Assembly: GCA_012965045.1 (NCBI GenBank)
Contig: DTSZ01000001.1
Coordinates: 591,629-655,628 of the forward strand
DNA: 64,000 nucleotides
Reading direction: 5' to 3'
From: Candidatus Saccharimonadota bacterium
GTDB lineage: Bacteria > Patescibacteriota > Saccharimonadia > Saccharimonadales > DTSZ01
Position numbers and translations under genes: made by a program. Below the pieces are notes generated by a model. It made no database searches. It worked only from the letters and a program-made list of their open reading frames with translations, and was not told where the DNA came from. This document shows, in pieces, positions 57,032-64,000 of this stretch; positions within the stretch are counted from its first letter, which is position 1, and each line of letters starts with the position of its first letter.

Positions 57032-57037
57032 GCCATA

Positions 57038-57688
57038 ATGATAACAATGAATGAACATGACCTGTTAGATAAACTAGACCACGTATTCAAAGAGCTGATT
57101 TACCCTTTTCATGTGTTGGAACGTGATATACCTTTTCAGTTAAACGGCCAAAGTAACTACAGAAACGAAACCGATACCGAACATTCGTTTACTCTGGCAC
57201 TTGTGTCGATTTTACTCGCACCACACATTGATCCCGCATTAGATATTGGCAAGTGCTGCCAGCTAAGCATAGTGCATGACTTAATCGAGGTTTACGCAGG
57301 CGATACGTCGTTTTGGGCCAACAAAGATTTGCAAGATTCTAAAAAAGAACGTGAAGCGGAAGCTGTTGGTATCATCAAGTCTAAGTTTGGGTCTAGTTTC
57401 CCTAATTTACCTGAACTCATAGATGAATATGAACTAAAAAGCACTAAAGAGGCTCAGTTTATAAGCGCGTTAGATAAGTTTTTAGCTTTAGCTGTACTGC
57501 AAACAAGCAAAAGTAACTATTTTAAAAAGAATAAACTCACTAAAACACAGGTAGAAAAGGAGGTTCTGCTTCGTCACCGTGGTAGAGGCTTAGCCTATGA
57601 GCCTTTTAATTCAGTCTACTTGGCGCAGTTAGAGCGATTTATGAAACAAACTGACTATTTTCATGATGACGAAGCCTCGTCCTCATGA
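57038..57688 (+). CDS. HD-domain phosphohydrolase of the YfbR-like 5'-nucleotidase type.
   Basis: ETDTEHSF...SIVHDLIEVYAGDT, fitting the H..HD..E..D pattern. Confidence 0.7.
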   Translation: MITMNEHDLLDKLDHVFKELIYPFHVLERDIPFQLNGQSNYRNETDTEHSFTLALVSILLAPHIDPALDIGKCCQLSIVHDLIEVYAGDTSFWANKDLQDSKKEREAEAVGIIKSKFGSSFPNLPELIDEYELKSTKEAQFISALDKFLALAVLQTSKSNYFKKNKLTKTQVEKEVLLRHRGRGLAYEPFNSVYLAQLERFMKQTDYFHDDEASSS

Positions 57689-57701
57689 AATACTAGTTAC
57701 T

Positions 57702-58283
57702 ATGGCTTTACCGAATATAAAGAAACTCATTGAACTCCAAGCATTTATTCAGCAACTTAGAGCCGTAAAACGAACGGCGTATATTCCGGGAACTGACGAG
57801 AAAGAAAACGATGTTGATCATAGCTTTAGCCTAGCTGTTACCGCATGGTATATAGCGTCCGGATCTGACAATAACTATGATACCGAGAAAATTCTTCAGT
57901 ATGCGCTGGTGCATGACATGGTAGAAGTTCATGCTGGTGATACCTACTTTTTGGCAGACATATCGACTTTAAACGCCAAAAAAGAAAAAGAAGCAGCTGC
58001 TCTGCGTCAACTAGAGGCGGATTGGCGAGACCAGTTCCCTGAAATGATTCAACGAATTAAGGAATATGAAAATAAACAAACTAAAGAAGCTCGATTTGTA
58101 TATGCGGTTGATAAAATAATGCCCTTAACCATACACGCTAATGACAACTGGCGAACGTGGCGAGAAATGGATGTTGACCCGCACGCAGCGTTTAAAATTA
58201 AGAAAGAAAAACTACCAGTTTCAGAAGAAATTGCTAAATATTTAACTGAAATCGAAGAGCTAATGATGAGCTACGAGAAATAA
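57702..58283 (+). CDS. HD-domain phosphohydrolase, paralog of the preceding gene.
   Basis: ENDVDHSF...ALVHDMVEVHAGDT. Start set at ATG 57702. Confidence 0.7.
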   Translation: MALPNIKKLIELQAFIQQLRAVKRTAYIPGTDEKENDVDHSFSLAVTAWYIASGSDNNYDTEKILQYALVHDMVEVHAGDTYFLADISTLNAKKEKEAAALRQLEADWRDQFPEMIQRIKEYENKQTKEARFVYAVDKIMPLTIHANDNWRTWREMDVDPHAAFKIKKEKLPVSEEIAKYLTEIEELMMSYEK

Positions 58284-58298
58284 CATCCTAAGCCTTGT

Positions 58299-58772
58299 TT
58301 AAAATGGCTTAGGTAAAACCCCGACACTAAACTGATCTGGCTCTGCTTTTAAGCAGGTGACAGCTACCTGATCGTGCAATGTCACTAAGTCGACTACGCC
58401 TTCGGCCCCAGGTAAATACAGATCGTCGTGAGTTTTTGGATGTTGAATCTCAATTACTGATTTTTCTGGATCAACAACCGTTATTTTTGAGCTACAAACG
58501 TACAAACCTTCATCGATTGGATTAATACCAAAGTGTTGCGTGAAATAGTTTATGATTTTTTCAGTTCTAAATCGTTCATTAAAAGTAACAATTACAGGTC
58601 GTGTCTCGCCAGCTTCAAGCTGGCCGTCAAGTAGTCGCAGAGCCTTCACCGTTCTTTGTCCTCTATTTTCACGCCACTGTTGTTCTCGGGCAGAGCGATT
58701 AGTGCCTAAAAAAATACCGCCTTCGCGGCGGTTTTGGGGTTCGATAACTGGTGGGTCTAGTATATCACTCAT
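58299..58772 (-). CDS. Hypothetical protein (157 aa).
   Basis: ORF only; no motif. Confidence 0.5.
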   Translation of the reverse strand: MSDILDPPVIEPQNRREGGIFLGTNRSAREQQWRENRGQRTVKALRLLDGQLEAGETRPVIVTFNERFRTEKIINYFTQHFGINPIDEGLYVCSSKITVVDPEKSVIEIQHPKTHDDLYLPGAEGVVDLVTLHDQVAVTCLKAEPDQFSVGVLPKPF

Positions 58773-58807
58773 ACTAGGCTTTAATTATATATTAAACGGT
58801 TCGAAAT

Positions 58808-58884
58808 TGGTAGCGGCAGGTGGAATTGAACCACCGACCTCAGGCTTATGAGTCCTGCGCTCTAACCATCTGAGCTATGCCGCC
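58808..58884 (-). tRNA. tRNA with a CAT anticodon, either elongator Met or lysidine-modified Ile2. CCA encoded.
   Basis: Hand fold: acceptor GGCGGCA/TGCCGCT, anticodon loop CTCATAA, T-arm GGTGG-TTCAATT-CCACC. It lacks the initiator features (no C1-A72 mismatch, no GGG/CCC anticodon stem). Confidence 0.9.
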
Positions 58885-58942
58885 GCAAAAAATTTTATAC
58901 AGAATAATCTGCTGAGATACAACTATACCAGATGTCTATCTT

Positions 58943-58958
58943 ATTGATAAGAATCAAT
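58943..58958. promoter_or_regulatory. 6-4-6 inverted repeat ATTGAT-AAGA-ATCAAT upstream of the His-rich protein operon. Candidate metalloregulator operator.
   Basis: The palindrome is seen directly. The TGATAA core loosely resembles Fur-family boxes. Confidence 0.3.
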
Positions 58959-59005
58959 TTAACGACTAACCTAATAGCATAAGGTATATAAAAAAGGACG
59001 AGGTT

Positions 59006-59581
59006 ATGAGCAACAATACACAAGAGACGCAAAATATTAATGTGGTTTTGGGGGTAGTGATTGCCTTGTTGCTAGCTTTTCCGCTTGGCTATGTAGCTGG
59101 TAATGCTCAATCAAATAATGCTGATACTACTACCGTAATGGACGAAGCTCATAGCGAAACAGAATCAGATGAACATACTCACGACCACGTACTGTTTGAT
59201 GTAGACGCAGCCGACGCCCCAATGGTTATGAACGTACGCGTCACACCAGATGCAATGGCTGGCTGGAACATTAGCTTTGATACCGAAAACTTTACGTTCG
59301 CCCCAGAGAACGCCAGTAGCAGCCATGTTGCTGGCCAAGGCCACGCCCACTTATATATTGACGGCGAAAAAATTACGCGACTATACGCCAACAACTACTA
59401 CATTAGTGAACTCGGCGATGTTGGTGAACATGAAATAGAAGTAACACTAAATACCAACGACCATCAAACATACAGTGTTAACGGCGAAGAAATTGCGGCA
59501 CTCACTACTGTTACCGTTACAGAAGAATCAAGTCATTCACACGATGAAACCGACCACGGTTCTGATATGGAAATGAACTAA
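59006..59581 (+). CDS. Membrane-anchored His-rich protein, probably metal-binding.
   Basis: HSETESDEHTHDH, GQGHAHLYIDG and SSHSHDETDHGSDMEMN. N-terminal TM segment. Confidence 0.6.
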   Translation: MSNNTQETQNINVVLGVVIALLLAFPLGYVAGNAQSNNADTTTVMDEAHSETESDEHTHDHVLFDVDAADAPMVMNVRVTPDAMAGWNISFDTENFTFAPENASSSHVAGQGHAHLYIDGEKITRLYANNYYISELGDVGEHEIEVTLNTNDHQTYSVNGEEIAALTTVTVTEESSHSHDETDHGSDMEMN

Positions 59582-59582
59582 C

Positions 59583-59888
59583 GTGTTCCAGCTTTTCGCA
59601 CACGGCGGTGAAGACCATAGCGACTCAGCTGAAGCCGCTCAACATGTACTAGCGCTTAATCCGTTTATTGCCACAATGTTCGTAGTTGGTTTTGTCATAC
59701 TTTCGACCACACTTATTTACAAAGTTACTAAATCTTCAACCGCAGCTTCATACTCTTTGCTTGCTCAACTACTGGGGCTTGGCGTGTTTAGTTACTCTGT
59801 TCTGCCTCTTTTAAGTGGTTTGTGCATTGTTGTCGGTTTTGCTTTGTCGATGCTACTGGCTTTTGGGGGCCTTCATGACACGAAATAA
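59583..59888 (+). CDS. Small membrane protein with a His-containing N-terminus.
   Basis: GTG start 1 nt after the upstream stop. FAHGGEDHSD followed by 2-3 TM segments. Confidence 0.5.
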   Translation: MFQLFAHGGEDHSDSAEAAQHVLALNPFIATMFVVGFVILSTTLIYKVTKSSTAASYSLLAQLLGLGVFSYSVLPLLSGLCIVVGFALSMLLAFGGLHDTK

Positions 59889-60468
59889 TCTCAAAAAAGT
59901 ATTCCCTTTTATCCTCGTTATTGGCGGGCTGATTGGGTTAGTAGCCTCCGGTGTATTGGTGATCGAAAAACTTAATATAGCTGCCAATCCTGACTATGTA
60001 CCAAGCTGCAGCCTAAACCCAATTCTAGCCTGTGGCTCTGTGATGGAAACTGATCAAGCAGAAGCCTTTGGTTTTCCTAATATGTTGATTGGTGTTGCCA
60101 GTTTTAGCGTACTTATTACCGTTGGTATGGCCTTGTTTGCTGGCGCACGATTTAAAAAATGGTTTTGGCAGGGACTACTAGCTGGTTCAATTTTTGGCGC
60201 TGGATTCATAACATGGCTGTTCTACCACAGCGTGTATGTTATTGGGGCATTATGTTTGTATTGCATTATCGTTTGGGCGGCAGTTATCCCTATTTTTATC
60301 TTTACATTGCAACAATACGCAGAACGATATGCTGCAAAGTCCAAACTAACTAAGTTCTTCACCTACGTTAAACCTTATCAATTGGTCGTTGTCTGGTACC
60401 TGCTAATCGCTGTAGCGATATTGATTGAATTTTGGTTCTACTGGAAAACAACGAGTTTATTCAGCTAA
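59875..60468 (+). CDS. Vitamin K epoxide reductase (VKOR) family protein.
   Basis: CSLNPILACGSV loop cysteines and a LCLYC CxxC in a TM helix. Start set at ATG 59875. Confidence 0.8.
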   Translation: MTRNNLKKVFPFILVIGGLIGLVASGVLVIEKLNIAANPDYVPSCSLNPILACGSVMETDQAEAFGFPNMLIGVASFSVLITVGMALFAGARFKKWFWQGLLAGSIFGAGFITWLFYHSVYVIGALCLYCIIVWAAVIPIFIFTLQQYAERYAAKSKLTKFFTYVKPYQLVVVWYLLIAVAILIEFWFYWKTTSLFS

Positions 60469-60470
60469 AT

Positions 60471-60499
60471 TTGACTAAAGTTTTATACTATTCTATAGT
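60471..60499 (+). promoter_or_regulatory. Near-consensus promoter for a small transcription unit.
   Basis: TTGACT (60471-60476), 17-nt spacer, TATAGT (60494-60499). Confidence 0.6.
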
Positions 60500-60508
60500 A
60501 GTGTAATT

Positions 60509-60610
60509 ATGTGTAACGATAAGCATAACAACCGATCACAGATTCTACCAACAACTGCAATGTTTGCAGGTGTCTATCCTGCTGTGGCTTATCGCGGAAC
60601 AAACTTTTAG
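60509..60610 (+). CDS. Candidate 33-aa peptide (MCNDKHNNRSQILPTTAMFAGVYPAVAYRGTNF), or the body of an sRNA.
   Basis: The ATG lies 9 nt after the -10 hexamer. A terminator follows at 60642-60668. No SD. Confidence 0.35.
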   Translation: MCNDKHNNRSQILPTTAMFAGVYPAVAYRGTNF

Positions 60611-60641
60611 AAAATTAATACATTTCACTAGGATCCAGATA

Positions 60642-60668
60642 AGCCCTCAAGCAAAAGAGGGCTTTTTA
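60642..60668 (+). terminator. Rho-independent terminator.
   Basis: agccctc-aagcaaaa-gagggct followed by ttttaattt. Confidence 0.75.
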
Positions 60669-60764
60669 ATTTGCAACAACAACTCTTTTAAAAACAATGC
60701 TTGAGAGCTGATTTGGTCTTAGGGGGATCTAAGATTAGCACCTAATTAGATAAGGAGATACATT

Positions 60765-61952
60765 ATGAACAGTAAACTAGAACAAAAAATGAAGCGAAAC
60801 CTGAAACTGCTGTATATTTTGCGAGCCATACGGTCATTTGGTGTGTTTGCTCCTGTAATTGTTCTGTTCTTTCAAGAAAACGGGCTTAGCCAGACCGAAG
60901 TGTTTGCGCTGCAGTCTATCTTTGCAGCAGCGATCGTACTGCTAGAGGTGCCGAGCGGCTACTTCGCAGATGTCTTTGGGCGCCGAATAAGCGTGGTGCT
61001 TGGAGGACTGTTTACTGCACTTGGTTTTGGAGGTTACGCGCTAGCGAGTGGCTTTGCGCAATTTTTGCCGATGGAAATACTTATCGGAATTGGCCTCAGT
61101 TTCCTAAGTGGAGCAGACCAAGCACTAGCCAGAGATAGTTTGATCGCTTTGAGCCGCGAGAGCTACTACCGCAAGTTTGAATCCAGAGCGCACGAGCTGA
61201 GTAGCTGGTCATCTGCTCTAGCAGCACTTACCGGCGGCTTTATTGCTCTTATTAGCCTGCAATCGGTTATTGTTGCTCAAGCAATTGTTACAGCTTTGTT
61301 AGTTCCGTTTAGTCTACTCATTATCGAGCCTCCTCGGACAAAGCCAACCGGCAAGAATCCGTGGAAGCAAGTCAAAAAGATAGTTCGATATAGTCTGCGC
61401 GAGCACCAACAGCTGAAGTGGCTCATCGCCTATGGAGCGGTGGTTACTACACTCACACACACTATGTTTTGGCTTACTCAGCCACTGTTTGAGCAAGTCG
61501 GAGTACCCCTTGGCTGGTTTGGAGCGCTGACAGCCTTGTTGTTTGTTAGCCAAGGCCTCTCTGCCAAAGTAAGCATTTGGTATGAACAAAAGCTTGGCAA
61601 ACGACGGGCCCTGAAGAGCTTTGTACTTATAGGCACAGTTAGCTACGTGCTGATTGGAGCGTTCACTCTAGTGTGGATGCTGCCTGTACTACTGGGCTTT
61701 CAGTTCATACGTGGCGCTGCCATGCCAGTCATGAGCGACTATGTTCATGAACATGTTGAGTCTGATATTCGAGCTACGGTGATGAGTGTTAATAGCTTAG
61801 CTAGTAAGCTTTTCTATACCTTCGCCGGCCCTGTTGTTGGTTTGGTTGTAGACAACTACTCGCTCAGTGCCGGTTTATGGTTTTCCGCTTTACTTTACGG
61901 TACCCTTGGTTGGTTCGTGTTGTCACGAATGAACCGCAATGGTGACCTTTGA
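60765..61952 (+). CDS. MFS transporter.
   Basis: 12 TM segments and a G.FADVFGRR motif in loop 2-3. AAGGAG RBS. Confidence 0.85.
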   Translation: MNSKLEQKMKRNLKLLYILRAIRSFGVFAPVIVLFFQENGLSQTEVFALQSIFAAAIVLLEVPSGYFADVFGRRISVVLGGLFTALGFGGYALASGFAQFLPMEILIGIGLSFLSGADQALARDSLIALSRESYYRKFESRAHELSSWSSALAALTGGFIALISLQSVIVAQAIVTALLVPFSLLIIEPPRTKPTGKNPWKQVKKIVRYSLREHQQLKWLIAYGAVVTTLTHTMFWLTQPLFEQVGVPLGWFGALTALLFVSQGLSAKVSIWYEQKLGKRRALKSFVLIGTVSYVLIGAFTLVWMLPVLLGFQFIRGAAMPVMSDYVHEHVESDIRATVMSVNSLASKLFYTFAGPVVGLVVDNYSLSAGLWFSALLYGTLGWFVLSRMNRNGDL

Positions 61953-61975
61953 AGTTCTTCTTATCAAAATAAGCA

Positions 61976-62014
61976 AGACCAGCTCTAGGGAACGTCCCTA
62001 CGATGAGCTGGTCT
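61976..62014. terminator. Long bidirectional hairpin between the MFS gene and the Nudix gene.
   Basis: agaccagctc-tagggaacgtcccta...gagctggtct followed by a T-run. Confidence 0.7.
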
Positions 62015-62028
62015 TTAAATTTTTACGT

Positions 62029-62553
62029 TTAAGATAACCTAATGCGATCCCAAGACTGATACGCGTCATTCAATACAAATGAAACAAGCTCTTTCGTTGC
62101 TGGTGACAGATCAACACTATTACTGCTAATTTCATCAATACTAAACAAGCCAACTGTTCCGGACTCCCCTTGTTGCGGGGATAATTGTGGTTTTTGATCA
62201 GTAACGAAGCCGTATGCTAGGTCAGTGTGAAAATGTTTGGTATCGCCTATTTGGTGAGTATTTACCGCAAGCGGCTGGGGATGCCACGCAACACCCTTAC
62301 TTTGTGGAACAAAGCGCTGTGGCGGCTGCAGCAACTGAAGCTGACTCATCTTGTAACCGGATTCTTCTAGAACTTCATGTGTTAATGCCTGCCACGGATT
62401 TTCATTTAATTCCACGTGTCCACCAAATTGTAGCCACATTTTTAGTTTTTTGTGCATGTGCAGCATTACTTTAGGTGCGTTCGTTTCAATTTTGACGATG
62501 TAGGCACTAACCGTCAGGTCATGCTCGTCATCATTAGTGTGTATGTGTGCCAT
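62029..62553 (-). CDS. Nudix hydrolase.
   Basis: Nudix box GGHVELNENPWQALTHEVLEESGY. Confidence 0.85.
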   Translation of the reverse strand: MAHIHTNDDEHDLTVSAYIVKIETNAPKVMLHMHKKLKMWLQFGGHVELNENPWQALTHEVLEESGYKMSQLQLLQPPQRFVPQSKGVAWHPQPLAVNTHQIGDTKHFHTDLAYGFVTDQKPQLSPQQGESGTVGLFSIDEISSNSVDLSPATKELVSFVLNDAYQSWDRIRLS

Positions 62554-62572
62554 TTATAAGTCCAATCATAAC

Positions 62573-62599
62573 AAAAGCCCCTGCTTTAGAGGGGCTTTT
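62573..62599 (-). terminator. Terminator after the 47-aa ORF unit.
   Basis: agcccct-gctttag-aggggct flanked by A and T runs. Confidence 0.7.
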
Positions 62600-62620
62600 A
62601 TCTACGCGTTCCGTTTATTT

Positions 62621-62764
62621 TTAGCAGAAGGCGCAATCTTCAGAGTCGCTTTTTTCTTTAGCGTTTATTTCGTCCAAAACTGCTTGAGCGCTAGCCGCCG
62701 CGTCATCTTGGTCGTCTGCCTTTGAAGACTTTGACTGTTTATCATCGTTTAAACCAAAAACCAT
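62621..62764 (-). CDS. Candidate 47-aa acidic peptide ending in a CxxC (…SEDCAFC).
   Basis: Hand-translated ORF with its own promoter at 62840-62868 and terminator at 62573-62599. The SD is weak. Confidence 0.4.
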   Translation of the reverse strand: MVFGLNDDKQSKSSKADDQDDAAASAQAVLDEINAKEKSDSEDCAFC

Positions 62765-62839
62765 GTTTGTTTTTCTTTCTTGGCCTTTGACGTTATGTTT
62801 TAGCCAAAGGCCTTTTTTGTTTTAGTTGATGATGACTAT

Positions 62840-62868
62840 AATATATACCGCTTTTGCTTATTTGTCAA
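62840..62868 (-). promoter_or_regulatory. Near-consensus promoter on the minus strand.
   Basis: TTGACA (62868-62863), 17-nt spacer, TATATT (62845-62840). Confidence 0.6.
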
Positions 62869-62890
62869 TAACTTTTTGTAGAATATGTTG

Positions 62891-63505
62891 TTATACCTTC
62901 CGACTCCACGAAGTCATCCATGGGTGCTGATGTAAGCCGCACCGTCCGTCGTTTTTTTGTGATTCCTGTTCACGCCCAGAACACGAACCATCAGCAAACG
63001 CTTGATCACGTGTACCTGTTTTGCGTATATAAAAAGCATTTAAAAACTCGTCGCGTTCTTCTTGCGTTTTTGTTGCAAATTGTTCTAAGGCATTGATTCT
63101 TCGTAATGGATCGCCCATAAAATATTCTATTGACCCTTGTTCTCGTTGGCTTACTTCTAAAAACCGCGAATTCTCAGGAGCTATTAGGCCTCTGTCGTGT
63201 CTATCGCTGCGTTGTTGGTGTACGGTTCTGCTCAGTCCGATCCAGCACAACAGTTCAGAATTAATTTCTGGAAGCTGCTCAAGTTCGGTGACCAAAGAAG
63301 TGTTTTCTGGAGCATCGGCAAAATCAATTACTAAGCGTATACCTCTTTTTCGGTTGCCTACCAGATATCTTTCGAGGTGAAATGCACGTGCGACGCGTGA
63401 ATCGTCCGCTCGACCATGTAAGCAATTAAGTGGCACGCCATCGGCGCGTCGTAATGCTGTATCGGCATCTGCGTAAAAATCCACTCCACTATATAATTCG
63501 TTCAT
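62891..63505 (-). CDS. Hypothetical protein (204 aa).
   Basis: ORF only; no motif. Confidence 0.5.
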   Translation of the reverse strand: MNELYSGVDFYADADTALRRADGVPLNCLHGRADDSRVARAFHLERYLVGNRKRGIRLVIDFADAPENTSLVTELEQLPEINSELLCWIGLSRTVHQQRSDRHDRGLIAPENSRFLEVSQREQGSIEYFMGDPLRRINALEQFATKTQEERDEFLNAFYIRKTGTRDQAFADGSCSGREQESQKNDGRCGLHQHPWMTSWSRKV

Positions 63506-63550
63506 TACAAATATTTTATAATGAAACGAGTAAAACTCAAATTACGATGG

Positions 63551-64000
63551 TTACGAGCTGGGCACGTCGGGCATAATCCGGTCTAAAATCGGGTTGGCGA
63601 TTTTCATGGCTGCAAATAATACTACCGAAACAATTCCGATAGCTATCCAGTGCACAGCACCGACTGGTACTAGTCCAAATAAGTCGGCCAGTGGTTGGAC
63701 GTACACAACCGCTGCAAGTAACGCAAAGCTACCCGCAATAGCTACGCTAAGCCACGGGTTAGAAAACCAGCGTATGTTGTAGTCAGTGCGTATATCTATA
63801 AGTCGAACCATTTCATAGACAACCATTCCAATAAAGGCCACCGATTTAGCTAGTGCGTCTGACTGAGGACCATCGAAGACAAATCCGAAATGAATCAACA
63901 AAGCAATCGACATCATGCTGCCAAACAAGAACATCTCTGTCCAGACGCGCTTATTTAAGATTGACCCCTGGAAACGCCATGGCTTAAAGCGCATTATGCC
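63551..64000 (-). CDS. C-terminal part of a P-type cation-transporting ATPase. The CDS continues beyond the right edge.
   Basis: The frame stays open to position 64000. The TM-rich C-terminal domain pattern is typical of P-type ATPase TM7-10. Confidence 0.7.
   Translation of the reverse strand, partial: GIMRFKPWRFQGSILNKRVWTEMFLFGSMMSIALLIHFGFVFDGPQSDALAKSVAFIGMVVYEMVRLIDIRTDYNIRWFSNPWLSVAIAGSFALLAAVVYVQPLADLFGLVPVGAVHWIAIGIVSVVLFAAMKIANPILDRIMPDVPSS

Noticed and set aside
62537-62725. 62-aa plus-strand ORF (MCMCAIYKSNHNK...).
   Set aside because: It starts inside the Nudix gene start region and runs through a terminator hairpin. It is hydrophobic and low-complexity, and it lies antisense to the better-supported 47-aa unit.
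1-64000. CRISPR arrays, IS elements, integrases, reverse transcriptases, toxin-antitoxin pairs and rRNA genes.
   Set aside because: I looked for spaced direct repeats, transposase or integrase motifs, and RT or rRNA signatures, and found none. The tRNA-end duplications therefore have no cognate recombinase in this window.

Overview
This is a gene-dense 64-kb chromosomal segment, roughly nine-tenths coding, from a small-genome bacterium. I made all calls by reading motifs in the supplied ORF translations and the raw DNA; no database search was possible.

Gene content points to a Patescibacteria/CPR organism, plausibly Saccharibacteria, though this is inference only. The pointers are a type IV pilus cluster with no secretin, a ComEC channel, a lamin-tail-domain surface protein, many Nudix/HD/MazG nucleotide-handling enzymes, shortened housekeeping proteins and a GH130/GH63 glycan island.

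Recognisable housekeeping genes are rny, tsaB, tsaE, recA, recX, ruvA, ruvB, ruvC, a YebC-family regulator, comEC, def, lepA, murJ, ftsH and tilS. The heat-shock operon is hrcA-grpE-(HD protein)-dnaK-(3 small or unknown genes)-dnaJ. The pilus genes are pilB, pilC, a major pilin, pilM, pilN, pilO, two minor pilins and a large pilus-associated protein. There are three tRNAs: Pro-TGG, Lys-TTT and a CAT-anticodon tRNA.

I saw no rRNA, CRISPR array, transposase, integrase or reverse transcriptase.

The signals most worth a second look are:
1. A three-copy, roughly 165-nt hairpin-rich repeat family sits directly behind tRNA-Pro and tRNA-Lys. Each full copy ends in an exact 21-nt copy of the neighbouring tRNA's 3' end, the hairpins covary between copies, and G-U versus A-C asymmetry points to the minus strand as the sense strand.
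2. A second structured element folds as a roughly 175-nt rod at 49748-49923, with a truncated copy at 5422-5523.
3. An exact 10-mer, TTATGCTTAT, lies upstream of pilB, pilA and pilM.
4. There are three CIRCE operators, one of them in front of ftsH.
5. A WhiB-like protein is present in a non-actinobacterial context.
6. Several stand-alone small-ORF transcription units have near-consensus promoters.
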